DNA of 64,000 bases from Oligoflexia bacterium. Lineage in GTDB: Bacteria; Bdellovibrionota; UBA1018; CAIMNF01. The translations under genes and the position numbers were made by a program. The DNA lies in NCBI GenBank assembly GCA_903845155.1, contig CAIMWN010000239.1, positions 6,498 through 70,497 of the forward strand. Reading direction: 5' to 3'. Within the stretch, counting starts at the first letter, position 1. Each line of letters starts with the position of its first letter. Under the pieces are notes generated by a model. The model had not been told where the DNA came from, ran no database searches, and was given only the letters and a program-made list of their open reading frames with translations. Shown here one piece after another: positions 1 to 10,371 of this stretch.

Positions 1-279
1 AATGTCCTTTTCAATCACCTCAAGAGGATTGACGTAAGTACCTCCGTAAAACGTGGCGAGCTCTTTTCTCATTTTAATGATGTCAGGGTCTTCTTCAAGT
101 TTTGCGGCTGCAAAGGCATACATGATCACAAAAAATCCGAACAGGAGCGTCATCATGTCCGCGTAAGAAACGAGCCAAGGCTCTCCGTGGCCACCGTCAC
201 CATGGCCTTCATCATGGCTGCCATAGTGAAATGCTGGTTCTTCGTCTTGCCCGGATTCGTTTGGTGGCTGTTCAGACAT
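1..279 (-). CDS. motB: MotB-like stator protein, N-terminal part only. The gene starts at 279 and continues past the window start
   Basis: The reverse-strand translation is MSEQPPNESG...EPWLVSYADMMTLLFGFFVIMYAF. This has the MotB-type TM helix with the conserved Asp in the YADMMTLL motif. It lies 9 bp downstream of motA, and the C-terminus is outside the window. Confidence 0.65.
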   Translation of the reverse strand, partial: MSEQPPNESGQDEEPAFHYGSHDEGHGDGGHGEPWLVSYADMMTLLFGFFVIMYAFAAAKLEEDPDIIKMRKELATFYGGTYVNPLEVIEKDI

Positions 280-288
280 TCAACATTC

Positions 289-1083
289 TCACTTCGTCAT
301 CGCTTTCCAATCCAAACGTTCGTTTGGAAGTAGGTAGGAGTTCAACTCTTCCGCAAGTACGACTGGATTTTGCTTTTGCTGGATGAATCTAATTCCTTCG
401 ACAATAATGGTATTTTTTAGCTTTATTTTTTTGGCAATTTCTTGAAGGTGCTCGCCAATAGGAATAATAAATAAATTTGCAAGTGCGATACCATAGAGAG
501 TGGCCACTAACGCTACAGACATATGTGGTCCTACATGTTTTTCGGCACCGGGTTGACCCAATGAACCCAAAAGCAAAATCATCCCAGTCACTGCGCCCAT
601 GAGGCCCATCGCTGGAGGATACTTTCCACAGGATGCAAACATTTTGGCATCATCAGTATAGCGCTCGTACATGGTGGTTACTCTCGAATGTAAAACGCGA
701 AGTAGCTTATTAGGCTCAAGCACTTCGTCAGTGAGCGCCGTCATTGCTTCCTTCATGAATGGATCGCTACAGTTTTGGATCAAGGCATCCAGGTCGGGCG
801 AGCCGGAGCGATACGCTTCCGCTAAGGTCATGAGTTCCTGAATTATTTTTTTATTAATATCTTTTGGTACGGACGTTTTAAAAAGTCCGCGAAAAAAGAT
901 CATGAGCATTGAAGCTGCCCGAGGAAGTGAAAACGCTACCCCTACACAGGCAAGAGTCCCCCCAAGGACGATAGTGGCGCCGTGGAGGTCCAGCATTTTC
1001 ATAGGGTTCGGGTTTCCATAAACCATTGAAAAAACCATGATAAATGCTGCAAAAGCAATACCGCCTAAGTTAACTAGATTCAT
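289..1083 (-). CDS. motA: MotA/PomA-family proton-channel stator protein (MotA/TolQ/ExbB superfamily)
   Basis: 264 aa with 4 predicted TMs. The C-terminal TM pair, ...GLMGAVTGMILLLGSLG...VALVATLYGIALANLFIIPI, is typical of MotA/TolQ/ExbB. It sits immediately upstream of a MotB-like gene. Confidence 0.75.
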   Translation of the reverse strand: MNLVNLGGIAFAAFIMVFSMVYGNPNPMKMLDLHGATIVLGGTLACVGVAFSLPRAASMLMIFFRGLFKTSVPKDINKKIIQELMTLAEAYRSGSPDLDALIQNCSDPFMKEAMTALTDEVLEPNKLLRVLHSRVTTMYERYTDDAKMFASCGKYPPAMGLMGAVTGMILLLGSLGQPGAEKHVGPHMSVALVATLYGIALANLFIIPIGEHLQEIAKKIKLKNTIIVEGIRFIQQKQNPVVLAEELNSYLLPNERLDWKAMTK

Positions 1084-1131
1084 AGCCCAATTACCTCATA
1101 GGACTGAAGTGGGGTCAAGGATAAGTGATGC

Positions 1132-1767
1132 CTAAAAACTATAGATCATTCCCAAAAGTATGCGTTGTGTTTGTGCAGTTGCTGAAGCACCAGTAAACCC
1201 ATAAGCCATCCCCATTCCAAGCTGCGCATCGAATGCAATGGACTTAGACATTTGTCGGATGTAACCAACACAGAGGCTACCATCGAGCATATAACTTGTG
1301 GTTTCGAGTTGGGCGCCTAGTGTGGTCACGAGCCCGGTGGCAAATCCAGCGTCAAAGCCATAATAAAATCGACGCGCCGGAACCACTTCCACATCAAACC
1401 CCGACCCTGATACATGACTAATGAGACCGTTTGAATTCAGGAAATAATATCGTTTTCCCACCCCCATAAAAGTATAAACGGCTTTTCCTAATTTAGAGTC
1501 AATGGCAATAATTGCCCTGAATATATTCGACGAACGAGAGGAATTTAGGGTTTCATACTCTAAGTCAAGCGTGCTCGAAGAACTATAAGACTTTGACAAA
1601 CCACCACCCGAAATCGACATGCTTAAATCTCCTGTTCTCAGATGAAATTGGTGCGACTTAATTTCTTCTTCAGCTTGCGCTGGACGCAGGGACGCAAAGA
1701 GTGGAAAAATGAGAAACAAGAAGAGAAGTGATAAGGCATTATGCGGCTTTTTGTATATGATTTTCAC
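1132..1767 (-). CDS. hypothetical secreted protein, probably a small outer-membrane beta-barrel
   Basis: N-terminal signal peptide (LFLFLIFPLFASLRPAQA). Alternating hydrophobic pattern, Gly/Ser/Tyr rich, ends in ...GMIYSF (a C-terminal aromatic as in OMPs). Overlaps the upstream gene by 29 bp, so the start is uncertain. Confidence 0.4.
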   Translation of the reverse strand: MKIIYKKPHNALSLLFLFLIFPLFASLRPAQAEEEIKSHQFHLRTGDLSMSISGGGLSKSYSSSSTLDLEYETLNSSRSSNIFRAIIAIDSKLGKAVYTFMGVGKRYYFLNSNGLISHVSGSGFDVEVVPARRFYYGFDAGFATGLVTTLGAQLETTSYMLDGSLCVGYIRQMSKSIAFDAQLGMGMAYGFTGASATAQTQRILLGMIYSF

Positions 1768-3679
1768 CTGGTCCGCTTTGACGTATCCATTGTTGAATTA
1801 CTTCTAATGCCACATCCCTCACATGCTCGTCGGCTATCACAATAGAGCGTATGTTTTCCACAAATTCCTTTTGAAGAGCAGGCGCCGCTTTGGATATTTT
1901 CTTTTTGCGTAAATCATTGTTCCCGATTTGCTTTAATTCGTAGTCGATAATCTCGCGCACCTTACTGCCCTCTTTACCACAAACCTCTAAATAGAATTTT
2001 TGATTCTGTTCATTCATAGAAAAAATAAAGTCTGCCTTTTTAGCTGCAGTAAAGCGGTCGAGCACGGCCTTTAGGGTCGCAGCAGGCAGTTTGACGGCCA
2101 AGTGACTCGGAAATACTTTTGCTGCCGTGGAAAGAATCACTGCGGTCTCGCCTGCCTCCAGAAGCGCATTCCAAATCGACCGTTCTTTATTATCATCCAC
2201 AGTACGAAGCAGCTCTGTAATGTTTTCAACAAATGGAGCGCTTGATCTGGCAACTTGATTATTTTTAAATTCGTTAATTCTTTCCTTTAGTTCCATTCCC
2301 TTTTCGGCAAACTCTGTATCCGAGTATTTGATACTCATTAGGGTAATGTCGTCTGCCTTGTCCTGAGGAAGTAAAGAATAAATCCTGCTTACAATCGCAG
2401 TCGGTAAAAGGTTAATCAGTAAAGGAGAATACTCGGGATGTCCGCTCATCAATTCTACGCATTCTTTCAGCGAGAGTGATTGCAACAACTTCTTTAACTC
2501 GTGATCAGTAATCGGGTTCGGTATGAGCATCGACTCTACGATTTGTCTTGAGATGAAAGATTCAGCAACCCTTGCTTCACTATTGCTTGGTCCCGTCATT
2601 TTTTCACTTAAGACCGCTTTCCAAAGTTTTCTCTCCTCAAGGGTCAGTAGCGAGAACAATGACATGAGAGATTTTGAATCCAATACTTGCGGAAGCGTCA
2701 AGAGCGCCTCAAGCGGGCCGTTTTTCCCGGGATGTTGAATCCACGCGCGCACCATTGCAGCTGCATGATCTGCTTCGTGGTGGACGATATCTTGAAAGCG
2801 TTTAAAACCTGAATCGACGTTTTCCTTCTCTCCCCAGTCGGAATCATCTTGGAAGGAACCACTGATGGCTCCCGCTCCGGCAAAATCCTCTGTGGCGGCG
2901 ATCGCCTCTTCCGGTTCTTCTTTGTTCGATTTTTCTTCTTTAATTTTGTTCTCTTCGAGTATATTTCGCGCCTCTAATACAGATATCTTTTTCGTTTCGA
3001 TTTTTTTATATGAGGCGAGCACTTGCGTGCTCACCATGAATAGGAAAATTGATAAAATCAATGCCCCAAAGCTAAGTCCAATCACGTTTTTAAATTCTAC
3101 CAGCCACTTTTTCATCCCCCACGATTCATCTTCTTTAATCATTTTTGGGGAGTTAAACTCTTCAATGCTGACTGCGACTATCGCCTTAGGGGTAACCTTG
3201 GCCATTGCTTTCAATTGCTTTTCAATTTGTTCTTTGCTTGCATCCAACACGAATTTTGGCAGATAGGCATTCATGGTTACTTTTTGAATTTGATCAAAGA
3301 ACCCAGGCCCATCGGCCCCCTGTGCCTCTCTCCTCGAATTGCTCATTTGATCAAAAATGGGTACCGACAAATCAATTTTACCTAAGAAAACCTCATTTTC
3401 AGCATTGGTTTTGTTGTTATTTATCGCGGAGGTCTTTGACGCCGGAACTCTTTTATCCTTCATTGGCGGGATTAAAGTAATCGCTACCTGAACGCTGGAC
3501 GATTGGCCTTGTGAGTATGCAGCAAGTAAAGCCTTTGCTTTTTCGGCGAGAGAATTTTCTAAATTTACTTTTTGCCATTCCGGATTTTCAGTGCTGGAGA
3601 ACCCTTCAGCGTTGGCGACTGAGAGGGATCCATAGACCAGCAGTCCGAACACACATAAAATATTTGTAATTTTAATCAT
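1739..3679 (-). CDS. hypothetical single-pass membrane protein with a predicted periplasmic N-domain and a large cytoplasmic helical-repeat domain that looks FliG/MgtE-N-like
   Basis: 646 aa. Signal peptide with a VANA-EG cleavage-like site. One TM (GLSFGALILSIFLFMVSTQVL) followed by KK, so positive-inside. The C-terminal ~400 aa contain an acidic linker and helical repeats. The segment GHPEYSPLLINLLPTAIVSRIYSLLPQDKADDI resembles the FliG middle-domain EHPQ...L.L.L motif. This is an impression only and was not searched. Confidence 0.4.
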   Translation of the reverse strand: MIKITNILCVFGLLVYGSLSVANAEGFSSTENPEWQKVNLENSLAEKAKALLAAYSQGQSSSVQVAITLIPPMKDKRVPASKTSAINNNKTNAENEVFLGKIDLSVPIFDQMSNSRREAQGADGPGFFDQIQKVTMNAYLPKFVLDASKEQIEKQLKAMAKVTPKAIVAVSIEEFNSPKMIKEDESWGMKKWLVEFKNVIGLSFGALILSIFLFMVSTQVLASYKKIETKKISVLEARNILEENKIKEEKSNKEEPEEAIAATEDFAGAGAISGSFQDDSDWGEKENVDSGFKRFQDIVHHEADHAAAMVRAWIQHPGKNGPLEALLTLPQVLDSKSLMSLFSLLTLEERKLWKAVLSEKMTGPSNSEARVAESFISRQIVESMLIPNPITDHELKKLLQSLSLKECVELMSGHPEYSPLLINLLPTAIVSRIYSLLPQDKADDITLMSIKYSDTEFAEKGMELKERINEFKNNQVARSSAPFVENITELLRTVDDNKERSIWNALLEAGETAVILSTAAKVFPSHLAVKLPAATLKAVLDRFTAAKKADFIFSMNEQNQKFYLEVCGKEGSKVREIIDYELKQIGNNDLRKKKISKAAPALQKEFVENIRSIVIADEHVRDVALEVIQQWIRQSGPGENHIQKAA

Positions 3680-4356
3680 TTCTTATCCTCGCTAGTGGCC
3701 GGCGCAGCCTTAAGGGGTTCTGCTCGCTTAGATCCAACATTAATACCGAGTGATGACATTAAATGGTTTCTCATTCTTACCGCCTCAACATTTTTAGGAT
3801 TATAGCGGATTGAGGTTGAATAGGAATCAAGCGCCTGTTGCGGTTTCTTCTGTAGATAGTAGATTCCACCTTGAATTTCATAGAGGGCCGACAATTCTGG
3901 CGCTTCTTTTTGAATGCTCTCGGTAAGTTTCATGGCGTCTTCTAATCGTCCTACTCGCGCCAGACGTTGCGATTCAAAAAGACGATCAATCACCTTATTT
4001 AATTTTTCAATGTCTTCTAGTCCTGATGAGCGCTGAAGTTCAGCGGTCATGGTGATGTCCGCAGGCGCAAGATCAGTGACCATTGACTTCGATGGTACAA
4101 AACCATCTTTTCTGAACTCAAGCATGACTGGCCCAATCGTATTTGCTGCCTTCACTGCATCTTCTGCTGGAATCAAGAGTGGTGTAGTTCCAATTTTCTT
4201 AGGGTTCGCGCCGTCGAGCGAGGTGACGTAAACATCAGCGCCTGTTGGATTACTTTGAAGGTTGAGTGATGTACTGGACGCACATCCAAACAATGAGATC
4301 ATCATGGGTGTGACTGCCGAACATAATAAGTAGAGTCGTATTTTTGGTTTCATCAT
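3676..4356 (-). CDS. lipoprotein with a PEGA-like domain and a C-terminal TPR-like region
   Basis: Lipobox at ISLFGC-ASS. PEGA-like segment PTGADVYVTSLDGANPKKIGTTPL. The C-terminal ALYEIQGGIYYLQKKPQQALDSYSTSIRYNP looks like a TPR. Overlaps the next gene by 4 bp. Confidence 0.55.
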   Translation of the reverse strand: MMKPKIRLYLLCSAVTPMMISLFGCASSTSLNLQSNPTGADVYVTSLDGANPKKIGTTPLLIPAEDAVKAANTIGPVMLEFRKDGFVPSKSMVTDLAPADITMTAELQRSSGLEDIEKLNKVIDRLFESQRLARVGRLEDAMKLTESIQKEAPELSALYEIQGGIYYLQKKPQQALDSYSTSIRYNPKNVEAVRMRNHLMSSLGINVGSKRAEPLKAAPATSEDKK

Positions 4357-4571
4357 CGTTTAAGGGCCTCGCCCTACGTAACCTATCGACTTCTATTTAC
4401 ATTTTGTTTAATAAAAACAAAGAAGTCACTGGCTTGACGACTTCTTTAACGCACATTGTTGACGATCATGAGAAATTTGTTAATTATAACAATTTGTTAG
4501 CGTTTTTTATGAAATACCATCCGATCATTTCCATGGCCAAATTCCTCACTTTTCGGTACAGTTTCCCCATT

Positions 4572-5684
4572 ATGTTGAAACAAACTGCACTTCTCGCTGA
4601 GCACAAGAAGCTTGGCGGCAAACTCGTTGATTTTGGTGGCTGGGAACTTCCGGTGCAATACTCAGGCGTTCTCGCGGAGCACACAGCGGTAAGGACCGCC
4701 GCTGGCCTTTTCGATGTAAGCCACATGGGCGAAATTTTAGTCGAAGGTGATGGGGCACTTGATTTTGTGAATTACTTGGTCACGAACGACGTATCTACCC
4801 TCGCGGTCGAACAAGCCCAATACTCAGCACTTTGCAATCAGAACGGCGGAATAGTAGACGACCTAGTTGTTTATCGCTTGGGCGAAAAGAAATTTTTTCT
4901 AGTGGTGAATGCATCCAACACAGACAAAGATTTTGCCCACATTCAAACTATCTATTCTGGATACGACGGCACCAAACCCAAACTTTCAAATGTTTCCCCA
5001 CAATACTCACAGATCGCAATTCAAGGACCAAAATCTGAGCTCATTTTACAAAAATTAACTGAAACTAGATTAAATGAAATCAAAACCTACTGGTGCAAAG
5101 AGGGTAAAGTACTGAATATTCCTACCATCATTGCCAGAACAGGCTACACCGGCGAAGACGGGTTCGAAATTTATGTACCATGGCATGACGCCCCCACCAT
5201 TTGGGGCGCACTCCTCCAAACTGGCTCCCCAGATGGCTTGATCCCTTGTGGCCTTGGGGCGCGCGATACTTTGAGACTTGAAATGAAATATTCACTCTAT
5301 GGACATGAGTTGAGTGATGACACCAATCCACTTGAGGTGGGTTTGGGTTGGGTAACTAAGCTCAACAAGAAATCTGATTTTGTCGGCAAAGAGGCTATTT
5401 TAGCATTAAAAAATAAAGGCCAAACTAAATCATTAGTAGGCGTAAAGTCGCTCGGCCGAGGAATTCCTCGCCAAGGATATGAAGTCTACTCACATGACCA
5501 AAAGAAGAGAATTGGAGTCATTACCAGTGGCACCTCTTCTCCTTCACTCAAATACCCCATTGGTGTTGCCTTCATCGATAAAGAATTTGAAGCCGTAGGA
5601 ACTAAACTATTTGTAAAAGTGAGAGACGATTTTCACGAATTTGAAATCATTAAAACGCCGTTTTATAAAAAGGAGCAAGCATGA
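4572..5684 (+). CDS. gcvT: glycine cleavage system T protein (aminomethyltransferase)
   Basis: Translation from 4572 is MLKQTALLAEHKKLGGKLVDFGGWELPVQYSG...AVRTAAGLFDVSHMGEI, which aligns with the GcvT N-terminus. The ORF track begins at 4344 but the upstream 76 codons have no homology, so the start is set by similarity. Confidence 0.88.
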   Translation: MLKQTALLAEHKKLGGKLVDFGGWELPVQYSGVLAEHTAVRTAAGLFDVSHMGEILVEGDGALDFVNYLVTNDVSTLAVEQAQYSALCNQNGGIVDDLVVYRLGEKKFFLVVNASNTDKDFAHIQTIYSGYDGTKPKLSNVSPQYSQIAIQGPKSELILQKLTETRLNEIKTYWCKEGKVLNIPTIIARTGYTGEDGFEIYVPWHDAPTIWGALLQTGSPDGLIPCGLGARDTLRLEMKYSLYGHELSDDTNPLEVGLGWVTKLNKKSDFVGKEAILALKNKGQTKSLVGVKSLGRGIPRQGYEVYSHDQKKRIGVITSGTSSPSLKYPIGVAFIDKEFEAVGTKLFVKVRDDFHEFEIIKTPFYKKEQA

Positions 5685-6067
5685 GTTACCCTAGCCAATT
5701 TAAATATACAAAAGAGCACGAGTGGGCAGAATTACTTTCCGACACTCAAGTCAGAGTCGGTATCACTTTGCATGCACAGAGCAGCTTGGGTGATATTGTT
5801 TATCTTGATCTTCCAAAGGTAGGCCGTGAATTGAAGGCCAATGAGACATTTGGCGTTGTGGAAAGCATTAAGGCTGTGTCTGATCTTTACTCACCACTCG
5901 CAGGTAAAGTAGTCCAAGCAAATACTGACCTCACTCAGGATCCAGGTAAAATTAATTTAACCCCACACACGGAGTGGATGATTGTAATTGAAGCACAAGA
6001 TGCTAAAGCACAATTCAATGCACTCATGGGTGCGGACGAATATACCGCTTACGTAAAGAACTCTTAG
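5681..6067 (+). CDS. gcvH: glycine cleavage system H protein (lipoyl carrier)
   Basis: 128 aa. Lipoyl-lysine motif ETFGVVESIKAVSDLYSPLAGKV. 4-bp overlap with gcvT. Confidence 0.9.
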   Translation: MSYPSQFKYTKEHEWAELLSDTQVRVGITLHAQSSLGDIVYLDLPKVGRELKANETFGVVESIKAVSDLYSPLAGKVVQANTDLTQDPGKINLTPHTEWMIVIEAQDAKAQFNALMGADEYTAYVKNS

Positions 6068-6972
6068 AAAGAGTAGCGGCCACTAAGATTAATACCGAGG
6101 TGTGAATACCCCATGGCATTTGCATATTGTGAACCAGCCACGTTGACGCTCGTAGAGTTTGATTCAGCAATCGTCATCGTATTAAAACTCATCAGGGTGT
6201 AACTCAAACTCAGCGTGGCAGAAAAGTGTTTTGAAAAATCCTTTACCGCACCAACCTCAACCATTTCTCCGATTCCTGACGAAGAATAGGTCCAGTTATA
6301 CGGCGACTCTAATCCCACACCAGTAAGCCTGTTATATCCAATAGACGCTCCCACAAAGGGAGTCATCCATTTTTTGGAAAAATAATATTGATACCCTAGG
6401 TGAAAGTCGTAAATTTTTTCGGTGAGCGTACCGTTATAAGTGATAATTTGAGTGAGTGAGGTTGGTTGACTACCCGAAAAATATCCCATCTCGAAATATA
6501 ATGCACTTTTCTGATTCAACCATTTTCCAAGGCGAAGTGAAAACCCAAGCCCCGGGCTATACTTCCCCGTCGAATTAGTCACTATTCCAGCGGTAGTAGA
6601 AAGGCCCGATGTACCGCTACCATTCATCATGATGTCACTCAAGCGTAGATCTACGAAATAATGTTTCGCTATGGTACTCTCGGGAGCGCCCTTGTTCGTT
6701 TCTGATTTTAAAATAAAACAATCTGTTTTTGCAGCAAACCAAGACCCTTTAAAAAAGAAATTAGAATATTCCTTATTGGACTTAGACGGAATCACCACGA
6801 GTGACTCCCCTTGGACTTCGTCACCGGTTACCACTTCCCACTTTTTATTTACATTCTTTTTGAGCGTACAGTTCGCATTTACTGCAAAACTGTAAAGATC
6901 AGCCGCCTTTGCATTAGACTGAAAGAACATTACTGACAGAAGCAATGGTAAAATAAATGGCGTTTTTTTCAT
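6064..6972 (-). CDS. hypothetical outer-membrane beta-barrel protein
   Basis: Signal peptide at [23 protein letters not shown]. Ser/Gly/Tyr-rich amphipathic strands and a C-terminal ...GRYSF. The start is trimmed to the MKK at 6972. 4-bp overlap with gcvP. Confidence 0.45.
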   Translation of the reverse strand: MKKTPFILPLLLSVMFFQSNAKAADLYSFAVNANCTLKKNVNKKWEVVTGDEVQGESLVVIPSKSNKEYSNFFFKGSWFAAKTDCFILKSETNKGAPESTIAKHYFVDLRLSDIMMNGSGTSGLSTTAGIVTNSTGKYSPGLGFSLRLGKWLNQKSALYFEMGYFSGSQPTSLTQIITYNGTLTEKIYDFHLGYQYYFSKKWMTPFVGASIGYNRLTGVGLESPYNWTYSSSGIGEMVEVGAVKDFSKHFSATLSLSYTLMSFNTMTIAESNSTSVNVAGSQYANAMGYSHLGINLSGRYSF

Positions 6973-9866
6973 CCGTTTTGATAACTTTCTATAGGTGGAC
7001 ACGAACATATTAAATTCCTATCTCCATAAACATTATCTATTCTGGCGACTGAAGCCCAGAATTTTTTTTCACGCACCCAGGGGCGAGGATATGCGGCTTG
7101 CTCGCGAGAATAAGGATACATCCATTCTGTCGAGGTAACCATTTCAGCCGTATGAGGGGCATTCTTCAGAACATTGTTCTTTGGATCTGCCTTTCCAACC
7201 CTTACCGCCTCAATTTCTTCACGAATCGCAATCATGGCTTCAATGAATCGGTCTAATTCTGCTTTCGATTCACTTTCCGTCGGTTCAATCATTAAGGTTC
7301 CCGAAACAGGAAAAGAAATAGTAGGTGCGTGAAATCCATAATCAATGAGTCTTTTTGCAATATCTTCTACTTCAATGCCTGTTGCAGCTTTTAACGGCCT
7401 CACATCGAGAATACACTCGTGAGCAACCATGCCCATTTCTCCTCGATAGAGTACCGGGAAATGTGGTTCCAGTTTTTTCGCTATATAATTTGCGTTCAGA
7501 ATTGCCGTTTGCGTCGCGCGAATGAGGCCCTCTGATCCCATCAATTTCATGTAAGTCCATGAGATGGGAAGAATACTAGCACTTCCCCACGGAGCGCCCG
7601 ATACGGCGCCGCTTGTTTTCAAAAACACATGACCCGGTAAAAATGGAGCAAGTTGTTTTTTCACGCCGATTGGTCCCATTCCTGGGCCCCCTCCACCGTG
7701 CGGGATACAAAATGTTTTATGTAAATTTAAGTGACAAACATCGGGACCAAACTCTCCTGGCTTGCATAAACCAATTTGAGCATTCATGTTTGCTCCATCC
7801 ATATAAACCTGTCCGCCATTTGCATGAACAATGTCGCAAATTTCGCGAATGCGTGTTTCAAACACTCCGTGAGTTGACGGATAGGTGACCATCAGGCTCG
7901 CCAAATCCTTTGCATGCTCGGCAGCAAGGCGCTTTAAGTCGGGAATATCTACATTGCCATCCTTATCACACTCAACAACCACTACTTTGAATCCCGCCAT
8001 TGCAGCTGAAGCGGGATTCGTTCCATGCGCTGATTTAGGAATTAAACATACGTTCCGATGATGATCACCACGAGACGCGTGGTATGCACGAATCGTGAGC
8101 AAGCCTGTATATTCCCCTTGTGAGCCGGCGTTGGGCTGAAGTGACACGGCATCAAAACCGGTTACATCTGCAAGCATCGACTCCAGTTCAGAAAAGAGTT
8201 CAAGATAACCTGTAATCTGATCCAGTGGTGCTGCTGGATGAAGTTTCGAAAACTCTGGCCAGGTCACCGGAATCATTTCCGTGGTTGCATTGAGTTTCAT
8301 GGTGCAAGACCCGAGCGGAATCATCGAAAAGTTCAATGATAAATCTTTTCTCTCAAGCGAAGACATGTAGCGAAGCATTTCGTGCTCTGACTGGTGTTGG
8401 TGAAAAACGGGATGAGTTAAAAATTCATCTTCACGAATTAATGATTCGGGAAGCATTACGTTCAAACCCTTCTGAATCCATTCCTTCAGTTGCGTAATTT
8501 TACCGCCCGATAAAACTGAAATAACTTGAGTGACTTCGGCTTCCGTAGTCGCTTCGTCAAATGCGATTGAAAGAATCGACCCTCCCAAGTACCTAATGTT
8601 CATTTGCTGTTTTTCGAACGCAGCGACCAGTGCTGTTGCTGCAGCGTCACTTTTTACATCAAAAGAAATGGTGTCGAAAAAAGTGGGAGTAAGAAGACTA
8701 AATCCCAGTTCCTTTACTGCATGTGCAATTAAGGTAGTAAAACCATGTGTTTTTTTTGCAATTTGTGTGAGTCCCTTCGGTCCATGGTAAATCGCGTACA
8801 TCGACGCCATGACTGCAAGTAAAACTTGTGAAGTACAAATGTTACTCGTCGCCTTTTCTCTGCGAATATGCTGTTCACGGGTTTGAAGTGCAAGGCGGAT
8901 TGCAGGTTTTCCTTTAGCATCTCTAGAAAGTCCAACGATTCTACCTGGCATTTGTCTCTTGTACTCATCTTTACAAGACAGATAAGCAGCACTCGGACCA
9001 CCCAACCCCATCGGCACTCCAAAACGTTGAAAACTTCCAACGGCAACATCCGCCCCCAAGGCTCCCGGGCTTTTTAAAAGAGTTAAGGAGAGTGGATCAG
9101 CTGCGAGCGTAACGATCAGGCCTTTCTCGTGTGCCATTTTAATCCAAGACTCAATCCGGGCGTCTACCGCCCCATGAGTGTCAGGGTATTGAAAAATTGC
9201 GCCAAACATTTTTTCGGTCGGAGAAAAGGTGTCATAAGAAAATTTTTGCACTTGCAGGCCAAGTGGCTTTGCTCGGGTTTCAATTACATCTATATTTTGG
9301 GGATGCAAGCGATCAGACACATAGAAAATATTTCTTTCTGACGAACCCTTGAGCGCCATCGACATTGCCATCGCTTCGGCACACGCAGTAGCTTCATCTA
9401 ACAGAGATGCATTCGCAACCGGCAAACCAGTAAGATCGATCGTCAGCGTTTGAAAATTAAGAAGAGCCTCAAGTCGACCTTGGGCGATCTCGGCTTGATA
9501 GGGAGTATATTGAGTATACCAACCTGGGTTTTCTAAAACATTTCTTAAGATTACGGTCGGAGTGATGGTATCCGAATATCCCATTCCTAAAAGCGAGCGG
9601 TAAACTTTATTCTTCGATGCAATTTTTTTCAATTCAACAAGCGCTTCATTCTCGCTGGAATATTTTGGAACTTGAATTTTATTTTTTACTCGAATGCTAT
9701 CTGGAATTGTTTTCGCGATCAACTCGTCAAGCGAATTCAGGTCAAGCACATTTAACATTTCCTTCTCGTCTTTCTGGCGAGGTCCAATATGGCGCATTGA
9801 AAATGAATGAAAATCTTGTAATTGAATTTTTTCTAGAATTTCGGCTCTTTTGGAATTGTTTTGCAT
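6969..9866 (-). CDS. gcvP: glycine dehydrogenase (decarboxylating), single-chain P protein
   Basis: 965 aa. N-terminal ...RHIGP as in GcvP. A PLP-dependent fold with two aminotransferase-like halves. The length matches single-chain GcvP. Confidence 0.9.
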   Translation of the reverse strand: MQNNSKRAEILEKIQLQDFHSFSMRHIGPRQKDEKEMLNVLDLNSLDELIAKTIPDSIRVKNKIQVPKYSSENEALVELKKIASKNKVYRSLLGMGYSDTITPTVILRNVLENPGWYTQYTPYQAEIAQGRLEALLNFQTLTIDLTGLPVANASLLDEATACAEAMAMSMALKGSSERNIFYVSDRLHPQNIDVIETRAKPLGLQVQKFSYDTFSPTEKMFGAIFQYPDTHGAVDARIESWIKMAHEKGLIVTLAADPLSLTLLKSPGALGADVAVGSFQRFGVPMGLGGPSAAYLSCKDEYKRQMPGRIVGLSRDAKGKPAIRLALQTREQHIRREKATSNICTSQVLLAVMASMYAIYHGPKGLTQIAKKTHGFTTLIAHAVKELGFSLLTPTFFDTISFDVKSDAAATALVAAFEKQQMNIRYLGGSILSIAFDEATTEAEVTQVISVLSGGKITQLKEWIQKGLNVMLPESLIREDEFLTHPVFHQHQSEHEMLRYMSSLERKDLSLNFSMIPLGSCTMKLNATTEMIPVTWPEFSKLHPAAPLDQITGYLELFSELESMLADVTGFDAVSLQPNAGSQGEYTGLLTIRAYHASRGDHHRNVCLIPKSAHGTNPASAAMAGFKVVVVECDKDGNVDIPDLKRLAAEHAKDLASLMVTYPSTHGVFETRIREICDIVHANGGQVYMDGANMNAQIGLCKPGEFGPDVCHLNLHKTFCIPHGGGGPGMGPIGVKKQLAPFLPGHVFLKTSGAVSGAPWGSASILPISWTYMKLMGSEGLIRATQTAILNANYIAKKLEPHFPVLYRGEMGMVAHECILDVRPLKAATGIEVEDIAKRLIDYGFHAPTISFPVSGTLMIEPTESESKAELDRFIEAMIAIREEIEAVRVGKADPKNNVLKNAPHTAEMVTSTEWMYPYSREQAAYPRPWVREKKFWASVARIDNVYGDRNLICSCPPIESYQNG

Positions 9867-9972
9867 GAATTCATTTTACAAGATGAAATCGATTTCAGAA
9901 AGCACTTCCAAAAAAATATTTGTTCAGGTAGGCTCGGTCTTCTTCACGTGGCAACACATTACTGGGACGGGT

Positions 9973-10353
9973 ATGCAGAACAATCGCGACAACAACTTTG
10001 ATTTACAGCAAAACTTAAGCTTACAGTCAGTCGAAGCAAGCGCATCTTCAAATACAAACGACTTCAACTCTACAGACCTCACCTCTGAGCCGTCATTTGA
10101 ATGGATCAGCGCCTTTAACACATCCCTGCTCACTACTCGCGCGGCTCAATTAAAAGATCGCTCTCAAGACTTGACGGAGCTCATGCAGTCGTCAGAGTTT
10201 AAATGTTTAGTCATCGGCGCTAAACACTTAGCTGAAATTGAAGGCCTTTCAAAAGAACAGGCAACTGAGCGAATGATTGAAGTATTTCGTAGAATTGATT
10301 TCGCATGGAAGCAAATTGTAATGAAGCGCGGCATGCAAGCAATGATCGAATAG
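9973..10353 (+). CDS. hypothetical protein (start uncertain, anywhere from 9850 to 9973)
   Basis: The ORF at 9850-10353 overlaps the gcvP start by 17 bp. The first plausible internal starts are MKSISE at 9883 and MQNNRD at 9973. No recognisable domain. Confidence 0.3.
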   Translation: MQNNRDNNFDLQQNLSLQSVEASASSNTNDFNSTDLTSEPSFEWISAFNTSLLTTRAAQLKDRSQDLTELMQSSEFKCLVIGAKHLAEIEGLSKEQATERMIEVFRRIDFAWKQIVMKRGMQAMIE

Positions 10354-10371
10354 CCCTTTGTGAGCGCATCA

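Noticed and set aside
2523-3480. Plus-strand ORFs of 71, 133 and 91 aa, and a minus-strand 61-aa ORF at 2698-2883
   Set aside because: They lie entirely inside the 646-aa minus-strand gene, antisense or in alternative frames. Low-complexity Ser-rich translations point to spurious ORFs.
4344-4571. N-terminal 76-codon extension of the gcvT ORF in the six-frame track
   Set aside because: No similarity to GcvT and it lies in the divergent promoter region. Homology starts at MLKQTALL (4572).
4357-4571. Glycine riboswitch upstream of gcvT
   Set aside because: Searched by eye for the conserved aptamer cores (GGAGAG...ACCGAAGGGGCAA-like). None present.
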